Assembly (NCBI GenBank): GCA_020891255.1
Contig: BQFW01000011.1
Coordinates: 806,001 to 870,000 of the forward strand
DNA: 64,000 bases
Source of the DNA: Entomortierella parvispora E1425
Lineage: Eukaryota > Fungi > Mortierellomycota
Reading direction: 5' to 3'
Each line of letters opens with the position of its first letter. The first letter of the stretch is position 1. The notes beneath the pieces are model-generated. The model did no database searches and was not told the DNA's origin. It saw nothing but the letters and a program-made list of their open reading frames with translations. Shown here piece after piece: positions 46,991 through 58,562 of the stretch. The translations under genes were made by a program, and so were the position numbers.

Positions 46991-48309
46991 GATCTGCCGT
47001 CGGTCAACCCCTCGGTCAAATAAAAAAAAAGCCTTTGCATGCAACAGTAGACCATTCCTAATTGGGACTTCTGGCGACTCGCAAGGACTCGCAAGACGGT
47101 ATGTGTACCATGGTCGGCCAAAAGAAAAAAAAAGATCCATTTTGCCTTCTGTATGCATGCAATTGACAGACATCCCCTAGGTCATAGAGGATGATAGTCC
47201 AGTGGGCTCTGACCTTGTCTGAATCAGAAGACTGGAGCGGGTATCAGCTGTGTTTCTTTCCTCTTGTATTGATCTACCCCCGGGTCAACCCTCGGTCAAA
47301 TAAAAAAAAAAATCCTCTGCATGCAAGTAAACCATTCCTAATTGGGACTTCTGGCGACTCGCAAGGACTCGCAAGACGGTACGTGTACCATGGTCGGCCA
47401 AAAGAAAAAAAAAGATCCATTTTGCCTTCTGTATGCATGCAATTGACAGACATCCCCTAGGTCATAGAGGATGATAGTCCAGTGGGCTCTGACCTTGTCC
47501 GGTCCGGAAGACTGGAGCGGGTATCAGCTGTGTTTCTTTCCTCTTGTATTGATCTACCCCCGGTCAACCCTCGGTCAAATAAAAAAAAAAATCCTCTGCA
47601 TGCAAGTAAACCATTCCTAATTGGGACTTCTGGCGACTCGCAAGGACTCGCAAGACGGTACGTGTACCATGGTCGGCCAAAAGAAAAAAAAAGATCCATT
47701 TTGCCTTCTGTATGCATGCAATTGACAGACATCCCCTAGGTCATAGAGGATGATAGTCCAGTGGGCTCTGACCTTGTCCGGTCCGGAAGACTGGAGCGGG
47801 TATCAGCTGTGTTTCTTTCCTCTTGTATTGATCTACCCCCGGTCAACCCTCGGTCAAATAAAAAAAAAACCTCTGCATGCAACAGTAGACCATTCCTAAT
47901 TGGGACTTCTGGCGACTCGCAAGGACTCGCAAGACGGTATGTGTACCATGATCGGCCAAAAGAAAAAAAAAGATCCATTTTGCCTTCTGTATGCATGCAA
48001 TTGACAGACATCCCCTAGGTCATAGAGGGTGACAGTCCAGTGGGCTCTGACCTTGTCCGGTCCGGAAGACTGGAGCGGGTATCAGCTGTTTTCTTTCCTC
48101 TTGTATTGATCTATCCCCGGTCAACCCTCGGTCAAATAAAAAAAAAGCCTTTGCATGCAACAGTAGACCATTCCTAATTGGGACTTCTGGCGACTCGCAA
48201 GGACTCGCAAGACGGTACGTGTACCATGGTCGGCCAAAAGAAAAAAAGATACAGTTTGCCCTCTGTATGCACGCCATTGACAGACATCCCCTAGGTCATA
48301 GAGGATGAT
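46985..48309. repeat. Tandem array of a ~279-bp unit, about 4.7 copies
   Basis: Marker CATCCCCTAGGTCATAGAGG at 47171, 47451, 47730, 48009 and 48285. Confidence 0.96.
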
Positions 48310-48466
48310 GGTCCCACATGTTCTTCTGGTTCGAAACAAAGGGACTGACTCGACTGACTCGTACATCCAGGCTTCTTGTGTCAGCAACTCCCACATGTAT
48401 AAATATGTGTACTTGCGGCATCCAGTTCTGTATCTTGTCCTCCTCATCGTTCTCACCTCTTCCAAC

Positions 48467-49193
48467 ATGCCTCGTGGTGCTTGCACTTACGGCTATTGCG
48501 CGCTAGGTCTCCTCCCCCCTGCCGAACCCAAGACCAAAAATCAGAAGAACCATGTTGCAGGGTATCACGTCGACAACCCCATCAAGTTCATGTGCGGGTA
48601 CACTGATCGACAAGTCACCTTTAGTCGAATTCCCACAAAACACATGGATTTCGTCTGCTACTGTGGCCTGACGTTCACCCTTAACTCTTCGATCCATCGC
48701 CATTACCATTACTGTGCCGTTGCCAGGGACGCCGCCCTAAATGCAATCGCACATCCACCTCCTCCCTGGTGCAGGTGGTGCAGGCGATGGCAATGGCGTT
48801 ATTGTTGCGCCGGCGCCTCCTTCAACGGCCCTGGTGGTAGCGGAGCGCAGCGTCGGGAGCATTCTGGAGGAAAAGTTGATTGAGCAACATCAAGCCTTCC
48901 TGGAGACGTTCACAGGACAGAGCGCGAAGCTCGTCGAGAGCATGACCCAGTCTCAGTTGTCGTTTCTGAACACCTTCACCGCTTCGTATGCTGAACAAGC
49001 TGTGGCACATCAGCGCAGCATCGCTGAACATAACCGCTTGGCCTTAGAGGAGCAGCGCACGGCCCTCGAGGAGCAGCGAGCTGCCATTGAGATGCAGCGA
49101 GCAGCTGTTGAGGAACAGAGAGTGTTCTACAATCGCCATCAAAACAATCAAGCAGAGATAATGGCCGAGCAGGCTTACAAGGGACGAGGTTAG
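48467..49193 (+). CDS. MULE cargo ORF: Cys/His zinc-finger-like N-terminus and coiled-coil C-terminus, with one apparent +1 frameshift near 48765
   Basis: MPRGACTYGYC...HVAGYH and CYCGLTFTLNSSIHRHYHYC, continuing in the other frame as PGAGGAGDG...LEEQRTALEEQRAAIEMQR. Confidence 0.5.
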
Positions 49194-49565
49194 AAACCTC
49201 ATGTCACTCAAGCGCGATCGATCTTTCACGTTGGAAGTCAGCGAGCGAGCACTCAAAGGCCTTCAGAGTGACCCATCTTACATGGTCAGCCCCTGCCAGG
49301 ACGACGAGGACATGTGAAAGACAGATAGTGCGCAATCCCACGTCGACGAAGTGTAACAGGTTATGTTCGCAATTATTCAATAAAAATATTCTTGCGAAAT
49401 ATCTTCTGATGCTATGGCGGACGCGGTGGACTTTTTTTTTTTTTACATATTATTTGCTATGTCGAGACAGTGAAGCGAAGTGCGAGAACAAACTACTAAC
49501 AATGAAGCCCGAATCCCCGCGCAACAAATGCCACGACTCATCGCTGTTTAATAAAGAATAAAATG

Positions 49566-50024
49566 TTACAAAAGTGTCGATATATGAACCTGGCCACGCA
49601 CACCAGCCAGTAAGCGCTGGTCTGCCAGCTTAGGGTCATCTTGGGCATCTGGGCAACGGCCTTGGTGGTGGCCGGAGTGAGGTTTACCGCATTGGCAGGT
49701 GTCTGGTGGTAAGATCGTACCAGATGCATTGTTCCAAGGTTGGCCTCGCTGTGCTTGCTTCTTCATCTTGGAGCGGATGCCTTGAGTCTTCTCCCAGGCA
49801 ATAGTAACCTCGCCGTGTGTCTTCCGGAAACGTGCAAGAGTATCCCTATCCTGACGACGGATAAGTTGATGAGCAACTGCGACCACGACCGAGTGAGGGC
49901 CTTTAATAATTGGAGTCCAGGCCTTGATCGAAGCGCAGTGTAACACTCCTTGGTAGGCAGTGACGACCGACTGAGCCGATGCCAACGGGGCTGGTGCCAA
50001 CGGGCTGGTGATCTGTCCCCTCAC
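49566..50024 (-). CDS. Possible second MULE cargo ORF or fragment, unknown function
   Basis: 152-codon open frame without an ATG start, containing CQCGKPHSGHHQGRC. Confidence 0.3.
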   Translation of the reverse strand: MRGQITSPLAPAPLASAQSVVTAYQGVLHCASIKAWTPIIKGPHSVVVAVAHQLIRRQDRDTLARFRKTHGEVTIAWEKTQGIRSKMKKQAQRGQPWNNASGTILPPDTCQCGKPHSGHHQGRCPDAQDDPKLADQRLLAGVRGQVHISTLL

Positions 50025-51942
50025 AGGAGGTCAGGTCGTTGGCGAGTCATGGAAGGCAGAGTACAATGATGTCCACAAAGCCGTGTCCGATGGCTGGTAC
50101 CATGGAGGCGGTTTCGGGCGGCAACTTCGGGTTTGCGGGCTTGTTGCGAACGAGGTGGAGCTCACTATCTGACAACCCAGGTTTCCATGCAATTTTCCAA
50201 AGTGTGACTGGTGGGTTGTCAAACAAAACGAACAACCTGGGTTGTCAAATAGATAAATCCGGCCATTTTTTTTGCTTGCTGTGAAAAAATCTATCAACCT
50301 CTTGCATCAGCTGCCCATGCCAGTGATTTGGCAAACATTGGTTCAACAAGTACTCTTACTCGACATCTAGCAAAAAAGTGCGCGCAGCACGCTATCAAAA
50401 CTCGGTCGCGGCTTATCAAACCAAGACCCCAGACATTTTTAAGCAACACGCCCGAAAATCATAGACTGAGTCACCTCAGTCCCCAGTGGCGCCTGATCCA
50501 CCACGATTAACACTACAGTGAGAAAGGGCTCTCCAGAGCTCGACTGGCGCTGATGAAAAGGGCCATGTCGAGGAACTTTAGTGGCAGCACCCCATTTGAG
50601 TTGTAGACGTGGGGACCATCAACGCGAATGTCACTCGAACCTGACTATCTTCTCAACAAGAGGGTGCCGCCGGATATTAGCGGCTACGGCCTGGCAAGAG
50701 CAAAAAATAACTTCACTGGGACAACATAAAGATTGCCGCTGCCTGAAATACGAAAGAATCATCTGCGGATCCTTCGTCAAGCAAACCTCGATCCGAAAAC
50801 CTACGGTAACCACGTATCTCCTACGCGGTTCTATTACGATAGACGGATTCCGCCTTCAGCTACTTGAGTTCAAACTCAAAGAGTTGAGCTGTGTCAATAA
50901 TATCCGGAGGCTACCTCCTGAAAGGTTGCACGACAAAACCAGCGGTCAGAGGTGACATATTTCCACAACTTATAGATCAAACAAAGAGTCAGGTACCAGC
51001 CCATACTTAGCAATGGGAGTTGGTCGCAGCGCCAGAGAGGACGCCCGCCTGCGGGAAGCATATAGTTTCTGGTATTGCGACAGTGATGGCACGCTCTACA
51101 CCGCGTGTCACGCACTTGGTCGTTCTGACCGCCACCAATTCTGGCACTGTGACAAAAATGTCACTAATGTTGTCTGCAGAACAACAGGACAAGAATGAAG
51201 AGTACTCTGGGGGAAATGAAAGGACGCCATCCAAGCAACACCGCTGTACCGTTGTCCATGCCCGACTTTCCAAGGTCAATCTGCCCTTACTTTTGACAGA
51301 AATGAACCTCGAGCGGGAACATTTCTACCACTTGTTCCAAGTGGAAGCCCTGGTCCGTATCACAAGTCAACAATTGCGACGTTGGAAAAGAAGCGGGAAA
51401 TTCAGTATATAGCTGTACCCCTGTGATCGAAGCACAGTACAGTCGATTGTCATAGAGATTCAACAGACAGGTCCGTAACTTCTTTTTGGGCTGTTGTGCA
51501 GATTTTGGGCGAAGGCAGAGAGACATCTAGTCACTTGCAAAAAAAATGAACAGGTCTTTCTCTTGACGGGCCATGGTGTGTTGAAAAATAAAAAAATAAA
51601 AAAAAAGGTCAAGGGGAATGATCTATGTCATCTGCTCTCAAATCCTTTGGTGCACGCACCAGTTGAGCAAGCACGCCAAGAGCTGAACAACAAAACAACA
51701 AGGCGGGTAATCTTCGACATGATCCAGCTTTATCCAGTGTTTCCCGCATTTTGATCCGTCAGAGTTCAGGTTCTCCTCTTAATGCACATCCTCACTCGAT
51801 CTGCTGCACTATCCAAGGGTCGAGCTGCAATCTCTAATGCAGGTGCATTATCATATGGTCATGGTATCCGTTGTCATTAGAGCAAGCTTTATAAGGTGGG
51901 GTGAATAGAAAGAATTGATACAAGGATATGGCAGAACACACG

Positions 51943-53095
51943 CTAAGAACGCAAGCTAAAGAGTAAAGACGGCCGTGGCGACGAGGCAGGTGACCTGCTT
52001 CTCGTCAGGGTTCTTGACCTTGACATTGACAAGGTACTTGCCCTAGGAGAGATGAACAGCAAGACAAAAAAAAAAAAAAAAATAGTGGACAGAACGTTAG
52101 TCACTGCCGGATGGATGGGGGCATTCAGAGTCCTTGCAAAGGATCCAAGACTATCTCTTACTGGAGGGATCTCCTTGGGAAGCTCGACAGAGTGCTTAAG
52201 CGTCTGCTCTCCAGCAAGAAGAGGGCAGGGCTTGTCGACCTTGACAGACTCTTCACAGAAATCAAGTTCCTTGGTCAACAGCTTGATGACTCCAACCCTA
52301 AAAGACGGAAAAAGGCAAGACTTGCGTGTTAATGGGAGTGGTGTGTGTCGACAAATCCTATTCGTCTGTCAAAAAGAACCCTAACACAGCGGATCCTCTT
52401 CCTCCCGTTGTTGCCCCTCCACCCCATGCGCAAACTCCCCCCGCCCCTGACGACAGTATGCTCGACCCCCTTCCTTTGCCACTCCTTTCGAACGTGATAT
52501 GAAATCGTGCGGTTGCGAAGCCGCGCCCCAGCGAAAAAATCGGACGGTGGTTTTCGACATTCTTGGTCAGCGTGACCTCATTCAGACCGAACCCAAAGAC
52601 CTTGGCTCTCAATGCATGTAATTGTTGACCAGCCAGCTCTTGGAGAGAGTCGCTGCGATTATTGCTGAAAGAAGAGGGGGGGGGGGGGGAACAGTAACCA
52701 TGTGTCTGTCTCTATGCAAAAAGCCTTTGGTTCTCCTCTCCTCCTAAGTTTGGGGTTGTAAAAGCGTCTCTGCCTGACAAAAACGGTGCATACTGGTCTC
52801 AAGTGTTTTTCTGATGGGTGAGAGAGAAAGACTGGAGGGCAAAAACTTACTTGACTGTGAGGAAGATCTTTGCGCCTTCGACGACATTCTCTTTCAAGAA
52901 AGCCTTGGCATCAATGTTCAAGACTTGACCCTTCTGAGGAGGGTTGGGGTCCAAGTTGACATAGTCGATTTTGAGAAGGTCGGTATCATCGCCGCACTCG
53001 ACGACAGTTGCATTGGCTGGAGGAGGTAAGAATGGCATGGCAGTGGCCACACCAAGGACGCATGCCAAGGAGAGAAGGACAGTGGTCAAGCGCAT
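51943..53095 (-). CDS. NPC2: NPC2/ML-domain sterol or phospholipid transfer protein, 3 exons
   Basis: Signal peptide; CGDDTDLLKIDYVNLDPNPPQKG; DFCEES...CPLLAG; IPPGKYLV...VTCL. Confidence 0.93.
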
Positions 53096-54814
53096 TGTTC
53101 TGTGGGATGTCTGTAGGAAGGGGCCGAGTTAGGAGGTATAGAAGGGATGGAGAAGGATGGAGGAGAATGAGATAAATGGGGAAAATGGGGAAGAGAATAG
53201 TGTGCAATGAATTACATCGTTGGTTCAGGCTTTGAAGAGGATGCGCACGTGATCAGTCTGGTGACCACAAGGTACGAAATTCACTGCCAATACGACCACC
53301 CCACCCCAAAGGCTTCCCCACTCGGCCCAAGCGCACTCGTCGATAGGCTCGTTGGATGGAGTTGCTGCAGAAAAATGACTTTTACTTCAAGTGCAAGCGA
53401 GTGGTTGACAACATCGTGCCTGACGCCCTCTCCGCCGACTGGACTACGGCGATCATGACCCCGTCGCACCGCACATCCTCATTCTCTCTCTCTCTCTCTC
53501 TCAAGACTACCATAACGACCCTCGTCTATTGATAAGGACTGTCTGGGTGAGAAGATTGCCAATGGGTATCGGTTCCAGAACGACATCCTCTACTTCACTT
53601 GACGAGGAAAATGAGCCCCTGGCGTAGCTCTCTTACCCCTTGACGAGGGTAGTTGCGGTCTTCATTTGAGATATTTTTGATTAGCGGTCCATCAAGAGCT
53701 GAATTCCATCGTTGGCTATAGGTCCAATTTAATGTCCTGTCCGAGTGTATTGCTCGCGTGCACCGTATCGCTAGCCTGGGAGGAGCAAGATTCAGTCGAC
53801 ATTTGCCTCGCACGGAGAGCTCAAAGAAATGTACTGCATACGAATCATTCCTACAAGAACAGAAGGAGTCATTCCCGTGGGAGCTGGCAGACTCGATGTG
53901 ACAACAAGCACAGAGGGCTAAAGGACGATTTCAACTTTTATCCTCCAAATCGAACGATGAAAAGGTGTTCAAGGAAGAAATCTCACCGATCGCCAGAAAA
54001 GGTTTTCGCAAACTGTTGTCCGACAAGACATTGAACGTATAGAGAGCGTTGAACACAGAGCGAAGCCTACAAAACATGGCCAACGAGCCCAAGGACAGAA
54101 TGATTATTTTCATCCATAGTGACTCCCAAATCAAACAATGATACGGGTCAAGGAAGAAAAGTCATCTACTGCCAGAAAAGGTTGGCACAGCTTGCATTCT
54201 TGAAAAAACTTCATAGCAGTAGGAGTGTTGGAAATGTTCTTCTCATTTGAGCAACGAAGCATCGAAGAGGAGACAATTACTAAAGGAGCTGACAAGGACG
54301 TGGAAATGGAAAGCGATTACCCTCATGTTGAGACGACGGGGGTTTGATGGAGACAACGGCTGTAGCACGAGATATCGCGGGAACAATAATAATAATGACA
54401 ATGGACCGAAGCAATGACGGCACAAAGAAAAAGGGAGTTTTGGAGCAAGAGACGCGAGGGTGGCGTGACAAGGATCCAAAAATGGCATTTGGTGGCACGC
54501 TGGAGGTGGCCAGGCTGTGTTGTTTTTGAGTGCTCATGTCAGAAGAGCAGGGACAGGGACAGGGACAGGGACAGGAACACTGCCGGGAACGATGTGGGAC
54601 AGAGAAGAGCGGGAAGAACAAGAAAAAGGGCCTTGCCCTACCTTGCGGCTTTTTCTTTTTTTTCTTCTTTTCTTCTTCTCTTTCTTCTTTTCATCAATCA
54701 CTCAGCACTCATCACTCTTCATCCTCCACTCATCACTTCGTCCTCCATTCCTTGGGTCACTGCCCATTCTCACACTTCCCCATCTCTGTTCTTCCTCTGA
54801 CTGTGTCTTCATCC

Positions 54815-56390
54815 ATGGACAACAGCAATACCTATAGCCACGGGGGCCACCAGCAAACCGCAGAATATTACCCTACAGGGTACGATGGAACCACACAGTA
54901 CGGCAATGCCTCTGTAGGACAGCCTCTCGGCCAAGAGGATCTCGCTGTGCCACAGGACTTTTCCTCCTCCACCCCCTTGCGTCTCCAAGAGAGCAGCCAG
55001 CCCCTCAGCGGCGTCAGCTCGGGATCCTACTTTGGACACGGTGACCAGAACGACGTGGAGGATTACGAAGACTCCTTAGACTATGCTCCTCCCGCCAAGG
55101 CCCTTGCGCTCCAGACCCTGACCACCCTCTCCACCATCGTCTTCACGGTCTTGCCCGTGGTAATCAAAGCCGGAGCCGACGCGACCTGGGGTCATTGGTA
55201 CTCTTGGCGCGATGGATGCCGATTGATCGAGCCGTTTTGCAGTGGGTTGCTTCATACTTGGTTCTTTTACTCTTCTGATCTGATGAGTCGATACCCTTCC
55301 GAAACCGAGATCCTGGCTCAACGACGACAGCAGAGACGGGCTGCCCGAGGTCTCCAGGGAGGCGCCGGTCAAAGGCAAGTCGAGAAGGGAGAGGGGGATG
55401 CCATTCCAATGGGGGATCGGAGGACACGGTATTCTGACACGCTTGTTGGCCACACTAGTCCCAAATATGCCAACGGAAACGGCCCCTCCCCAGCGTTTGC
55501 CCCCAGTCCGAGTCGATCGCCTCTTTTCAAGAGTACGCTGTCGACCGTGTTCACGTTCTTTTTGATCCTTTACGTAACAGGAGCGGGGATCCACACGGCC
55601 GCGGCGTTCTTCAAGAACATCATTGTCTTGTTTCTGGAGGAGCATTCGCAGGGCATCGGTCTTTCAACCCACCCCTTGACGAATGGAGACGGTACCCTCT
55701 CTTTGGCCTTGGCAACTCAATTGAAGGAAGGCTATTTGCTGATCCAGGATACGTTTGAGCACACCGTCTCTCATTACATGTACGCCTTTGGGGCGTTGGG
55801 AATGTCCTGGTGTGAAATCATTGCCTATTCAGGCCAGGTCCTGCCCAAGGGCGTGAACTTGGCACGCGTCGGTCATGGGAAGAGCAACGGCCCCTTCTCT
55901 GCCTCGGGCAAAGCACAGAGCAGCAAGCGCTTGGTCGTCCTTTGGGCTGTCGCCGGCCTCCTTTACGGAGGAATTGTCGCAGGTAAAAAGGCTCGGCATC
56001 TTTTTTTTTTTTTTTTTTTTTTTTTTCATTATTGTGGCGTAAAAAAAAAAAAAGTTATGGAGAAAGTCCTTGACAACAGCCCAGAACCAGAAATTAACGC
56101 CCGCTCATATTTTTTTTTTTTTTTTTTTATTAGGTGTGGCATGCCAGTATCCCAAAGGATTGTACGTCGGACCTGTGTATGTGGTGCTCTTGTTCTTGGC
56201 AGTCTCAGCCTCAATCCTTGCTTCGAGAAAGGGAGGCTACTTTTCGTTGGGACGTCATTATATCTTGCAGACGTACTTGATCGGCATGGTGGTAGCTGCT
56301 GTGGCGATTGTGGCGTACATGGCCATTCATCACTTTGACATGCTCACCAGCAACGACAAGTCTCATCTGGACTCTATTAATCGACCATAA
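54815..56390 (+). CDS. Uncharacterised multipass membrane protein, 2 exons
   Basis: ATG at 54815, polar N-terminus, about 7 hydrophobic segments, intron at about 55983-56133. Confidence 0.75.
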
Positions 56391-56884
56391 GCACTGAACT
56401 CTATCAAAAAGATACCCCGCGTTCGCCTACCAACCTAACAACTTACCGATCTACGGATCTACCGATCCGATCTACCTACCTACTTACCTACCCACCTACC
56501 TACCACTGCATTTCAAGCTCTTCATCAAAAGAAATGTGCATTGCGGAGCAAATTATTTCCAATGTCATCTATGGTCGTCCAATAAACATACCCACCAAAA
56601 GTCCCTCAACCACTGCTAGTTCCCTTCCTTGAAGCATGGTCGCAAAAGACTGATTTGATAGATAATAACTTTTATATTTATTTAACCGCGGAAAAGGATA
56701 TGGAGAGGAAACGCAAAACCCATGTCGCTCATGGTCAATCAAGGAACACGACCAGTTTTTTTTTTTTAAAGATCCTCATTTTCCTCTACTCCCCTGTCAA
56801 CAACTGCACCTCTCAAGATGAAAGGTAGACTTGTTTTTTGATATCGTTGTTTTGTTTTTTGCTTTTGTTTTGCTGCTGTTCTAT

Positions 56885-58368
56885 TTAGAACATGGATCCC
56901 TCTGGGGGCTGGGGAAGCTTTCTGTTGTTGGGCGAAGCCATCTCACTAGAAAGATTTTTTTTTAAAGCAGAGTATAGAAATTCGGGATCTGATGAGTCAA
57001 AACAGTCAAAAGATAAAAAAGCAAAGTCATAGGTCCCATGATATTATACAGCGTCAATCACGTACCGACGAAGTTCAGTCAAAACGGTCTGGAGAGAGTA
57101 ATCTCTCTTCCAGTTGCTTAAGCAGGCGAGCTTGGCGGGGTCAACCTGTAATTTTTTAAAGAAAAAAAAAGTGAACAAAAAGAACGGGGTCAGATCGGCA
57201 ATTGGTCCCGTCGTTTGCCAAGTCGCACAATTATAGAGACTGCAACAATAATGCAGATACCCCTGAAATATCAAAGAGACACTGCGTTCCCCAAAGGACT
57301 TACCTTTCCAGTGGTCTGGTTCACACAGGGAAGGTTAACGCGAGACAAGAATGATACCGTAGGGGGCTGATCGGGGTAGAAATCTCCACAATGGAGCTTG
57401 AGACTGTAGATCCTGTTCTCATGAACAGTCTAAAAATCACACGAGAGAGAAGAGAGATTAGATCCTTTGCGATCAAAAAAAAAAAAAAAATCATGCAATG
57501 AGATCCCATGGTTTCTTTGCGGCAAAACAGAAAGTTGAGATAAGAGGCGGGTAAAAAAATCCTGGGAAACGTGGTCCTTTTGTCCCGTCCTCCCTCCATG
57601 ATCCACTCACTGATATTGCAAACGGCCCTTTGAGTAAGAGCGTCATTCCAGATGTCAAAGCAAATTAAACATGCAAAAAAGACAAAGCCAGAAGGAAAAA
57701 AAAAAAAGCGAATAGAGAACAAATCCGAGCAAGGGCAGTCCTGCAACATACGTGTCCAGGTCCAAGAATGGTTCCGTTCCAGTTAGACATCAACATGTCA
57801 TCGCCGTCCGAAAGTCCATAACTGCAGGTACCGTCGCCAATACCCTTCTCGCCCTTCTCGAGCTCTTCCATCAGCCTGAAGTTACGGGGAACTATTCACA
57901 AGAATACAAGTAGTCGTTAGAATGACTGAACATTTGACTTTGACTTGAGAGAGCAGAGTGAAAAAAAAAGAAGCATGCTTTTCGAGCAAGGTAACTGGCA
58001 CCATGAAAAACAGCATGGCGCGGTCATCTAGTAATCTCTCTGATTAACGTCTCATGTCGATGTGATCCCTCGGCGTTGCCAACGTCCTTGTCCTCAACAT
58101 TGCCACCCGTGTCCTCCCAAATGGGACCACAGAGAGACGAGACCCGGAGATGCAAGAATGAGGCAGAGACTAGACCCTTGACTAGACCCTTGTCAAAGTG
58201 TACCGCGGTTCGTTGGGCTGCTATCCAGGGGCAGACGTTTTTATTGGCTCCAGCGAATGTACTCGTGTGCGCCATTATAGAGTCCAGCCATGCCAGCCGA
58301 TACAAAAGTGTCCAAAGAATAGATACCAATGAAGGGCAAGAGACATGGTAGTACTTACCCTTTGCCAT
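56885..58368 (-). CDS. MMS2: Ubiquitin-conjugating enzyme variant Mms2/UEV1, 5 exons
   Basis: MAK|[27 protein letters not shown]...WNGTILGP|[19 protein letters not shown]...NLPCV|W..DYSLQTVL|[11 protein letters not shown]. Confidence 0.95.
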
Positions 58369-58562
58369 GGTGGGTGATTATATGTGAATGAATGGGTGCA
58401 GGGGTGTCTGAAGAGAGAAAACGAAAATGGGAAACGTCGCGATCGTTTTCTTGACAAGAACAAGAAAAAGCGTGACGTGTGACTGCGGGACTCGATGCTG
58501 GTCCAAGGTGAAGTCTTTTTGATTTTCATTTTTATTGCTGTCTGTCCTCACAGGAGCACCTC

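Larger units (their letters stand above)
45669..50260. mobile_element. Mutator-like DNA transposon (MULE), probably non-autonomous and cargo-carrying
   Basis: ~49-bp imperfect TIRs (45669-45717 and 50212-50260), perfect 9-bp TSD GGCCATTTT (45660-45668 and 50261-50269), subterminal TGACAACCCAGG motifs, FAR1/MULE transposase C-terminal half. Confidence 0.92.

Noticed and set aside
46980-48486. Repeated 85-91 aa ORFs in the 279-bp array as a protein family
   Set aside because: Frames differ between copies because of A-tract length changes; no coding signature.
50545-50645. Hammerhead ribozyme or box C/D snoRNA at CTGATGA...CTGA
   Set aside because: No stem II followed by GAAA, and no terminal stem around the putative C and D boxes.
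50300-51900. Possible gene or TE relic right of the MULE
   Set aside because: Only short ORFs without recognisable motifs; no termini or TSD found.
53200-54500. Possible degenerate element between NPC2 and the membrane protein gene
   Set aside because: A 9-bp inverted repeat and a 10-bp direct repeat are within chance expectation, and no coherent ORF is present.
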